Origin: Rhodosorus marinus CCMP1338
Taxonomy: Eukaryota > Plantae > Rhodophyta
NCBI GenBank assembly: GCA_029953675.1
Contig: JAMWBK010000001.1
Coordinates: 310,001 to 374,000 of the forward strand
DNA: 64,000 nucleotides
Direction: 5' to 3'
Numbering within the stretch: the stretch's first letter is position 1; the number at the start of each line of letters is the position of its first letter. The translations under genes and the position numbers were made by a program. Of this stretch, positions 1 to 9,738 are shown in pieces. The notes beneath the pieces are model-generated. The model made no database searches and was not told where the DNA came from. It worked only from the letters and a program-made list of their open reading frames with translations.

Positions 1-64
1 TCTCGTCAATCTTTGTATTGGGCTTCTCAACCTCCATGTTTACATCCTCATTCTCGGCACCCAT
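1..64 (-). CDS. Probable 5' end of a gene running off the window (MGAENEDVNMEVEKPNTKIDE...)
   Basis: ATG at 64-62 opens a frame with no stop before base 1. The C/A-rich plus-strand stretch at 80-230 resembles the upstream regions of other minus-strand genes here. Product not recognised. Confidence 0.35.
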   Translation of the reverse strand, partial: MGAENEDVNMEVEKPNTKIDE

Positions 65-599
65 GCTTCCTTACCCAAACGCAAATCGCCTCCTTACAAT
101 CCACCCACCCCCGCCCACCCGCAAAAACGAATCTGCCAAAACGCGGTGATCTTGCTGCCCAAAACCCACCTCCTCAAAAGCCAAACCCCAAATCCTCAAT
201 CAACAAACAAACAAACAAAAAAAAAAACACAAGATGTGTCAATCCGGATTCTCCCTCTTCCGAAGCATATTATCCCTCCTGCTCTTCTCCTGATCAAATT
301 TGCTTCTTATCCGCTCCGCTAAACAAACAAATTCATCGTCAGCAGGATGCCAAAAGAAAATCTATTGGTACCTGCCCAAAACTGCTTCCCACAAAAAAGC
401 CGATTCCTACCCCCATTCAGGCACTGTCCTCGTTTTTCTTCCATCGCAGAGCAACGCCTCAGGAACCGACCGAAAAAACCTGAACTAGTCAAAAACAGGA
501 TTAATTAGATTGAATATAGTCATTTTTGTTTTTAATTGATTTATGCTGATTTGCTGTTTGCTGAACCTCCTGGGGTAGCTGTGACTGTTTCGCACTGGG

Positions 600-960
600 A
601 CTCGACCTCGAGGGACGCCATGATTCACTGCGTGAGTCGCTTTCAATGTATCAGAGCCGCACAAGAGGTATCTGATGAGATGCTCTTCGTCCTGAGAGTT
701 CATTGCTAATTGCGTAAGGAGCGCTCTCGATCACTCAATCTCCAAAACAAAGCGTATCGAGCCCTTCGTCCGGTTTGACAGGATGAGCCCTCTAGAAACT
801 CTCCACAGTGAGGTGAGTAGACTCACCGTACCCCAGGTTGACCGGTATACCGGTCTTAAAGTGCCCTTTGATGTCCGCGACGCCTTCCTCGTACGGTGAT
901 GGTGCCAGATATCACGTATTTGTTTAACTCCATGACGGTATGGTAAGAATACTCAATGCC
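600..960 (-). mobile_element. Decayed retrotransposon gag-like relic
   Basis: Frame with stops. Peptide NSQDEEHLIRYLLCG resembles relic peptides at about 56050(-) (GEENSILIPVFLCG) and 3880(+) (DYTEMIKYLRG). Confidence 0.3.
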
Positions 961-1419
961 ATCCTTTCCAATCGGACCAGTCCCTGAGTTTAAAAGCTCA
1001 TTTGAGCACTTAACGCGGAGCTCGTAGCTTCCTATGTTTTGCTTCAGCTCGCTTGGAGATAAATAAAAATACGAACACGCGTTCCGAACGACACGAATTT
1101 TTTTTGTAGTTTACAAATATTAGATAGACTTCTCAACATGCACTTGGAAGCCTAAAATTGAGGGGTTCGACTACTCAAAACGTAATATAAGTTGCTACTA
1201 TCTGTGATTGGTTGTATTTCTACCAATAAACAGATGACATGCGATAAAACTCATATTTATTTGTTCTATTCACAAAATAAACCAGTCAAAATCTTGAGCG
1301 GGTCTGGCGCGATTTGTTTTGGATCAATCCCGTGCCTTCCCAGATATTGAACAAATATAAATAATTCTGAGGCATGAAAAGGCTTCGATCGCGGGACGTT
1401 GTGGTGAATTTCTTGTAGT

Positions 1420-1990
1420 ACATGAGACTATCGCATAGTACGTTGTTCTCGTCTTTTGTTGATCAAAACGGAGCAGCTCGTTCCCAAAGGGTCGAAAGTG
1501 TCAAACGATGTCTAGTTGAAAGTCAGCTCTTGGGAGCCGCGATGCTCCCGCCTCTGCAAGGCGCTGTGATTTGCATACAGAAGAGGAATTTGCAGCCGAC
1601 ACTCGAAGTCTGCACTGAGCGAAATCGCGTGGGCGCAGTACACGTCTAATAGCGTCACAGCTCGACTACGGTTTCAGGTCCAAGCTCCTTGAGCTATCGC
1701 ACAGCGATCCTTGGCACCAGGTCTAACGTGTCTTCTCCGGTGAATTATATCAACGTGCGAGAGAGTTTGAACTGAAGGGACGTTTCTCTGAAACACGAAG
1801 CAAGTCAAACAAGCCCGCCCCCCTTAGTCGAGGTGAGGGTGGAGATATCACGCAATAGGGAAACAGATGAACGAAAGATTTACAAAACGCAGCCTTTTCT
1901 TGCCTTAGGAGACATTCCCTAGATTTATTCATAGTATCTTCATTGTCCTCGCTGGTCTGAACTAACCACGAGCGTATTCATCCATGATAA
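1420..1990 (+). mobile_element. Decayed Ty3/Gypsy integrase (Zn-finger to core junction) relic
   Basis: Stop-interrupted frame RLIASQLDYGFRSKLLELSHSDP...KSNKPAPL...HSLDLFI follows the Gypsy pattern RL.VP..LR..IL...HD.P.....K...KP.PL......D. Confidence 0.45.
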
Positions 1991-2182
1991 AGGTGTCTAA
2001 ACACCTGCTCTTCCCGCCGTGATGAGATCTTCTAAAGAGAATTGGCGGATGCAATGGACAAGCAGGTTGTTACGTAGGCGCATGATTTTGGGGTTTTGAG
2101 GGAATAGCAGAGCAAACAAGAATTTGAAGGAGTCTTATTAGAGTTAAAAGAGAGCCTCTTCTCTTTAAAGATTGGAGAACTG

Positions 2183-2815
2183 ATGGCGTTTGTACCTGGT
2201 CTGAAGGTTGGCGGACTTGGGGAGACTTGGACCCAAAGTGCCTGCGTCAAAAGGCGCTATGGTGTGCGCATTGCAGGGGGAAGGGTTGGCAAGTTGAGGA
2301 TGTCGGGCGGGTTTCCTCCTCCAAGCGACGGAGGCGGAAGAAGGCCAGGTGGCGGTGAGAACGGATTCCTTGCTGCCCTTTTGCTCTTTATTGTGGGAGG
2401 GGCTCGAACTGTGGCTTCGCCAAATGGACAGTTGTTCCTTTTCGGCTTTGTTCTGTATTTATTTTTCTCGGGGAACTTTATCTTCGTCTTCAATACCTTG
2501 TTTACATTCTTTGCGGTCGCCACACTTCTCCCCGTTCTGTTGATGCTCGTGTTCCGTTTATATATGTCCCGGAACCTTATTGAGGTAAGCGGATATCCTC
2601 GTATGAGCTCGTGCACTCTTAGTACTGTGTTTTAAGGTTCGCTTTCCTTCGCTCAGGGTAATTGCTCGAATTGTGGGGCACCCGTGGCCGGCATCCGGAA
2701 CCAAAGTTTCCAATGCACTCGTTGCGGGACAAAGCTTGAGGCAGGAAGAGACGGAACAATCTCCATTTCAGATCCGTCGAGTGCAACTATGGACGTCAGC
2801 TTCAGAGAGGAATAA
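2183..2815 (+). CDS. Plastid-targeted membrane protein with C-terminal CxxC...CxxC zinc ribbon (186 aa, 2 exons)
   Basis: Exons 2183-2584 and 2657-2815, GTAAGC...CAG intron. MAFVPG transit peptide, two hydrophobic segments, then RNLIEGNCSNCG...FQCTRCG and a C-terminal TMDVSF. Resembles conserved cyanobacterial/plant hypothetical proteins. Confidence 0.85.
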
Positions 2816-3489
2816 TTTTCGACCTATGAGAAGCAGCTTCAGGTTGTCGGAAAGAGCAAAAAAACGACGAGATCAGGAGTATGGGGCGGAAGTGAAAGGG
2901 ATCACCCTTCCGCACGTATTAGAGGTGCAACGGTCGCGGGGGCGCGCAGTGCTTATCTTGTTCCCAACCGCTGAATTTCTTCCCAGGGAGGTGGCAGCTA
3001 TAGTCCAAGCTATGAAGCACGGAAACAGCGCGGGTTGACCACGCACAGGGACAAGTTCTTTCACTATTGAAACCGAGACGAGCAAGGGGTACAGTCAGGT
3101 CGAAAACTTCTGCTTTCAGAGTCCGTATTGGGAGTGGAAGTCACGTCTAGGAACCTGACGATTGAAGACACACTTGGGCAAAAGTAAATAGGAAGCAATT
3201 TACCAGTAGGTTCCGAGAGCTTAAAAATAGACTTTTCATCACAGACGTACGTTTTCTCATGGTGACCGAAAGAAAAAAAATTCGGTCCCTGAGCCATGAA
3301 CCGTGACCTGCTAGCCGTCTATGCATGGACTCAGTGCTCCTGCAACTCCTTGAGGATTTCAGTGGCATCTCATGCGACAAGAGCCTCTGTGCTGAGACCT
3401 ATAAGCGAAATCAAAAAATCGCAAAGAAATTAATCATTTAGGGGAAACACTGTCCAATAGCTATCCTTTGTCGGAACCTTGTCCAATTA

Positions 3490-4060
3490 TCTCTCGAACA
3501 GGACCATCGCGCGGTAGAATTCGTGCGTTTTTCATACATCAATTGGAGGATCGGTCCGAAATCATTATTCCGTTGATAAAGCGCCGTATGCAAAGGCTTT
3601 TTTCTAGGCCATGACAATTCCCCTGTTGCGGATAAGTTGCTTGTGGCGATGTGTGCCTTAAGGCCAATGGATCAGGTTCTCCCGAAAGAAATTGAGAGGA
3701 CTGTAAGATATATGCCCGAGGCAGAAAAGCTTAATAAATGACTAGCCCCTCATTCATTCGTATTGGGAATTCCCAAGGCGTTTGGTGCAACTCCGGAAAC
3801 AGGAAGAGCCGAAGGAGACTGGAGCCACGATCTCAAGGATCTTGTGAAACACAAACTCAGCACTTCCTGACGATGTTTGACTACACTGAGATGATCAAGT
3901 ACCTAAGAGGTACCAAAAGCAATCAGCAACTCCTGAAAGCGGATTCTACCCCTCAAGAACAAGATGACGCACCAAGTTCTGCTCCACCTCCGCAGGCCTG
4001 CCAGGGAGACTCTGACTGGACAAAGAATACCTCAGATAAAACCCACCTGAAACACACTAG
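3490..4060 (+). mobile_element. Decayed gag-like coding relic
   Basis: Long frames broken by a few stops and frameshifts (...FSYINWEDRSEIIIPLIKRRMQRLFLG...; FDYTEMIKYLRG), no credible start or intron structure. Confidence 0.3.
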
Positions 4061-4436
4061 GTACTCCTTTCCACACAAATTTATTAAGCCTGTCGATATT
4101 CTATCATCCAGCTCATCATACTTCTTGACGCAAAATTTGAGTTCCTTGATCTTTCTTCTTCTCTTAAGAGTCAGTCCCCTTACGACTTCTTCGAAACAGA
4201 ATCACCGACCAAACCTCGACAACATGATTTTCCATACATTTTAGATTGGCTAGTAATTCCCTAGGAAAACGAGTCCTGACATTGGAATCGATTTGTCCTC
4301 TTGAAGAGGATTCTTATCTGCGGTTTGATAGGCGATTGGGGGTTAGGTGAAAAGGACACAAGTCCTGTTGAAGTTGAGAATCCTATGTTGTCCGGTTCTG
4401 ATGTTACAGAAGATTTAAGAGGCCTTGAGTAAAGCT

Positions 4437-6760
4437 ATGGATCGGATATTCCTCTTGGCAGTGCTTTCGATAGCGCTCGCTGGACAAATATGTGGAGTCA
4501 GGTCTGCCGGAGCGCCCGTGCAGAGAGTGGACCTGGAGATGGTTCCAAGTAAGGTCAGCGACGGTGGATCGTACAAGTATTTGCCGCAGACTATGCGCTT
4601 GTTTGAACAAACTCAGGGCATTGGACCGTTCGAAATGCGGATGCACAACGCGTCTCTGAACGGTGGGATTACTTCGATCGGGGAATACTTTACAAGGATC
4701 AAAATTGGGGGCCAAGATTTTCGGGTTCAGGTAAGAGCGCAATGCGCGACATCTAGTCTCTTCTGACATGGCTGAGCAGGATATAAACAAATTCCTTTTA
4801 TGAACGCGTTCTATGGATCAGGTTGACACCGGAAGCAGCACGCTGGCCATTCCTTTGGCTCAGTGCCGATCGTGCCATCCCGGCGATCTGAGATACTCAA
4901 ACGATAAATCAGCGACACGAAAAGCTCTGCCCGTAAGTTTGTCCGCATGAATGAGAACAACTAGTCACTCGATCAAACTGAACGCGTTCTGAGTTTCGAA
5001 AGCAAATGTGTACTTCAATGGTCCAACAGATCGCGTGCTCCTCTTCTCAGTGCGGCGAGAACACTTGCCATGCGGGTTGCAGTCGGTGCATCAATGGAAA
5101 GTGCTGCTCCGAAGAAGATCCGTCCCTCTGCGGTTTCTTTCTTCGGTACGGGGATGGCAGTGGCGCGCAGGGTGCACTTATGTACGACCAGATGGAGTGG
5201 GGAGGCCTATCCGTTGATGGCAACTTCGGAGGAATACTAAAAGATTCCAGAGATTTTGAACAGGACGGGGTGGACGGAATCATGGGCCTTGCGTAAGTCT
5301 CTAGGGAAAGTTGTGAGATTCCAGTTCCATTGTTATTCACTCTGCGGTTCTGCTTCAAACCCGCATCAGGTATCCATCGCTGGGATGCACTCCAACATGT
5401 ATGACGCCAATCTTCGACTTGATGGTTAAAAACAAACTGGTAGATGACCTTTTCAGCATCTGCTTGGCGGAGCACGGGGGTGTGATTACCCTTGGGGACT
5501 ACGATAGCCAAACGATGAAATCCCAGATCGCTTGGGTACCGATGGTGACCAGTTATCCTCCAACGTTCTATACTATTTCACTTCCGGGCTACATGAGGAT
5601 TGGCAAGAGGAATGTCATTCTTCCCAAGTTCAACACCGCCATCGTGGACTCTGGGACCACGCTGCTCGTCGTGTCGACGAAGACATTTCAAGCGATTGCC
5701 AAGCATCTCGAAACTCACCATTGTGATGTGCCTGGTCTCTGCGAGAAGAACTCTTGGTTTCAACCAGCGGTGTGCGTCAATATCAACGATGCTGGACTGG
5801 CGCTGATGCCCAAGCTTTCTTTCCTCGTTGGACCTGAGAAGGAAGTTTTGGAGCTGCTTCCTGAACACTACATGCTCCCCTTTGAGGTTAGAAAAGCTTG
5901 CGTAGACATTGGCTATCATCGAGCTGGCAGAAACTCATGCCCCGTATCCACCACCGCAGGAAACTGGAAAGAAGTTCAGATGCGTTGGAATCATGACGTC
6001 GGATGGAATCTCCGAGGTTGATGTGATCTTAGGAAACACCCTCAACATGAGATATGTGACCACGTACGACAGAAAAAATTCCCGGATGGGATTCTCCCAA
6101 AGGAGAAAAGACTGCGGTAAGCAAACCCATCGTTAACGTACATCTAGCGGTTTGAGAAGAAGGAGCAGGTCCTGCGTCTTGGTGGCTATTACCGCGACAC
6201 CACCACGGAGTAGTTATCCCATGTTCTTGGCGTTAAGCTTGTTGAGTCAACATCCTCTGTAAAGAGAACGCGCTGACCAACGCAAAATCGAACTCCTACC
6301 ATCATCCCAAACCCCCAGGGTTAGCAACGACAAGGTGCGAGTCTTTCTGGCGATGTGAGGAATGTGCTGCCGCGCAAGGTTGTGAATACAACTATTCGTT
6401 GAAGGGATGCTTCGATAAAACCCAGGAAAAGGCATCATGGTTTCCTTACCCGAGCTGCTCCGGACCTCTATGCTTTTGCAGGGTAAGCGTTGTCATTGCT
6501 CCTATTTACTTGGCGAGCTCATCATGGGGAGACTAACTGCTGTTTTTTTTACCTCCCATGCTTTTTTCACTTTCTGAACTTTGGACCTCCCTCATGCTAC
6601 TCTGTGCTCGCTGGTTGTGCAGTTCGGCATTGGCGGATGGATGTACAATGCAGTTATTGGTGTAGGTATGGGACTCTTAGTAGCTGCAATTGTCATCTTG
6701 CTTAGTAGGTTGGCTATATCCGGTAGGGCCCGACAAGGCTACGAAGAGATTCCTAGATAG
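4437..6760 (+). CDS. Pepsin-family (A1) aspartic protease, type I membrane protein
   Basis: Signal peptide MDRIFLLAVLSIALAG. Catalytic VDTGSS (exon 2) and IVDSGTT, plus GEYFTRIKIGG, DGIMGLA and ILGN motifs. About 7 exons. Late exons 6319-6482 (Cys-rich) and 6623-6760 (TM helix plus tail GYEEIPR). Confidence 0.92.
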
Positions 6761-7154
6761 GTTGACTTGCGTAGTGATACCCATCCACGATACTGAGAAC
6801 AGCTGAAGACAACGCAGTAGCAATTGCCATCCGTAGAATCGCTTGAACCGCTTCTCCGAGGGAAGGACTATCAAATAGAACACGCGCGGTGCACGGATTT
6901 TGAGAAAGAGCATGAGGGTAGCGTTCAAGAAAGTTTGTCGGATAGATACGAGCTCTTGTGAACATGAGAGGGGGTGTTCCTATTTGCCTCTCACCTCGAC
7001 TTAAACCATACTAAACTGAATCCTGTGTCTGGCGTGCAGACCGCCCCTAATCGTCGCGCACACGATCATTGAATTCATCCAAGCGTGCGCTGACCGGAGC
7101 CGTGGTGTGCACGATTGAAAAAATGTTGTACAGCAAAGACTAGGTGATCCTGAA

Positions 7155-8140
7155 TTACGACGGTGATCCAACCCTGTAGAATATGGCAGACAACGCCAGT
7201 CGAACCATAGCCAAGTAGCCGCCCAGTTCGCTCGGCTGTTCCAGGGATCCGAACAAGTGAGAGTAGATGCAAGGGCCCAACTGCGGAAAATTGTATACGA
7301 GGTGATCGCACTCAGGACAAGTGTTAAGGCATCGTCCTCAATAGTATTGTAGGCTCCTCCACGGTTACCTGCAAGCTGATCGCTTCTGCAAAAGAGTAAG
7401 CAAGAAATGGATATCGTCGTACGATATCCAGCGATGCCTTATCTCTCCCTCTCAACACCAGCGCTTCGCGAAAGAATCTGTAGGATGAGGCCACGAGCAG
7501 CGGGATTCCGAGAACGAAAGATAATTGAACATGCTGCGACTCAATAAACGCACAGGCATGCGATAGGCCTCCTATAACTCCCCCAAAAAACAAGACTCTT
7601 ACGTCCGCTGATGGGTGTCCAACACTTTCGCCCTGAAAAACAGAAAAGCACGTTCAGCCGTTCACGTGAACCAGGTCCAAGCCTCTTTCCACGTAACGTT
7701 GCGTGGAATACCTTCACAACGCACAGACATAAATGTCCGAAGAGCGCTCCAAACAGTATCAAATGAGAGAGGTACTCGTCCAACCAGTATACCAGTTCGT
7801 AGAACTCGATTGGAACAGATTCTTTTCCAAGATCCAAACGCCACTCAGTTAGAAACGAGTTAAGGAGGTTTGCAGTCCAATGTACAGCCTGGAAGTACGC
7901 GAAGACGACTATAAGAATTACAGAGAGACACCTGCTGGAACGTGGCTTTTCTTCGAGAAAGAGAAAGTGCAAAGAGACGAGCGCAAGCACGAGCGAGGGT
8001 GTGATCAACAACAGATCGACTAGCTCAACGGCACGCAAGCCAAAGACATAGAGATCGCGACATTGCTCTGCGACCAAGAAGAGGGCAATCGGCAACACAA
8101 CGAACAGTCCAATCGTCCATTCCAGTAGATTAAATCTCAT
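7155..8140 (-). CDS. Multi-pass membrane protein of unknown function (about 270 aa, 3 exons)
   Basis: ATG at 8140 (MRFNLLEW). Introns about 7711-7633 and 7368-about 7282. 6-7 hydrophobic segments. Polar motifs AVHWTAN, YWLDEYLSH, AFIES, EQPSELG. Confidence 0.75.
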
Positions 8141-8229
8141 TCTCTTCCCAGACAAGAAAGAAACGATACGAAAGCCATTCTTCTGAGCAACCCTTGTAGT
8201 CCAGTAGCAAGCCCACCCAGAATCCTTCA

Positions 8230-9530
8230 CTTGTACAACAACGCAGTTCCGGATCCCTCTCTGAACCCTTCCATTTGCACGACGACGATTTCCGGCGATG
8301 AAATCCGTTACATTTCCCGTCCTGGCGAGGGAACCGAACCTCTTAACGGTGTGTGCCATTGTGAGCTTCATTATGGAATTAGCTGTTCTGTGGTCCTCCT
8401 CGCAGCTTACCTCAGAGCAGGCGAGTGGAGTAGTTTCAGAAAACCAGTCAATGGGACGTAGCGCAACCTTTACCGGACCGAACCCTGGGCTACGAGAGAC
8501 AGCTTGTTGGCGCCGGAGGCAGCTCTGCCTTCCTAAACGCGATTTTCGCACGGATCATGGTGTGTATGAAGACCATGTAGCCCACAAGATTTTTCTCCGA
8601 GTACCTTAAAGGAGTGGCTTCGGACGTCCTGTTCCCAAAAACAAGGTGTTTCCTACACAAGAAGCATGTGCAACCCTCTTGGAGCTGCACCAAGGCTGCG
8701 ATGGAGAGCGAATGGACGCGGGATGCAGGCATTGTTGTCCTCCTTTCAGAAGCAATCTACACATATTGGAGGTAAAAAGCCTGTATTCAGTCCCGGCAGA
8801 TACGTATGCAGACATCCTGACGGAACGTTCAGATTAGTCGATCTCAAGGACTTCTGATATGCATGAATGCTGTGGGTGGGTGGGTGGGGTGCAGCTCCGA
8901 GGAGTAGAGATACTGGGTTGCTTAGAAGAGTTCTCACAGGCCCGCTCCAAAGTCACTCCTTCTGTTACCTTGAGACCGCTATTCTCAAATGAATTTTGTC
9001 CTCTAATTGGCTTCAGACGGAATCAAGTAAAGCGCGCACATCGGGGGACATGCCATGTCCACCCATTGTTGTGAGAGCAATTCAACCGAAGATAGCGGGG
9101 GGCTCATATGAGCAGAGATGTAATCAGTAGGTAATCCCTGCTAATATCACGAAAAAGATAAAACTAGGCATCGGATGACAAGTCCATCCGTTGTTTGCGA
9201 GAGCGCCTCAACGGATGCTAGTGACAGCTCATTTGGGCAGTCAATCACGAGAAATAGACTCAAGGCCGACAAATAATATTTCCGTCGCTACTGTTATGTT
9301 AACCGATGGCAAAGTAAATTACTGGCAGCGGCAAACGAACCCGTAGTTTCTCGAAGCAAAGAAGATTAGTATTCCTCAGTTCGCCGAAACGATTTCGCTT
9401 GGCTGGCAAATCGACTTGGACCCGGTTCCCCGGGGAGAACTGGTGAGCCAACGTCTATGTGAACAGTACGATGTGGGTGACCATGCGCCTAATAGTGGGG
9501 ATGAAAAGCGTAGTACATGACAGTAAGCCT
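8230..9530 (+). mobile_element. Decayed Ty3/Gypsy pol relic (RNase H to integrase)
   Basis: FRKPVNGT*RNLYRTE resembles FSRKLN.AQRNYSTTE. CWRRRQLCLPKRDFRTDH resembles WRHYLLGR.F..RTDH. Further on ETISLGWQIDLDPVPRG resembles the integrase core start. The motifs occur in the correct order. Confidence 0.6.
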
Positions 9531-9602
9531 CGTGTATTTTGAAATATCTGAAATTTTCCAGCGGGTATTTCAGTAGATTTCTACCTAAAGCACTTGACCG
9601 AA

Positions 9603-9670
9603 ACTTACAAAGGCTAAAGCGGGCCTGGACTTACAAAAGACAAAAAGTGCGAGGTGGAGACTTACAAAAG
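9603..9670 (+). repeat. Three spaced copies of (G)ACTTACAAA(AG)
   Basis: Copies start at 9603, 9628 and 9659. Confidence 0.8.
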
Positions 9671-9713
9671 GCCACGCTTGGGACATTCTCTCTTTCCAGT
9701 CCGTAGGCCACCT

Positions 9714-9738
9714 TCTCTCTCTCTCTCTCTCTCTCTCT
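9714..9738. repeat. (TC)n microsatellite
   Basis: About 12 uninterrupted TC units. Confidence 0.95.

Noticed and set aside
13-483. 156-aa ORF as a gene
   Set aside because: Non-ATG start and low-complexity C/A-rich sequence matching the upstream region of a minus-strand gene.
6753-6965. 70-aa minus-strand ORF as a separate gene or extra exon of the membrane protein
   Set aside because: A phase-compatible splice exists, but there is no recognisable motif and the upstream exon already has an in-frame stop. Left uncalled.
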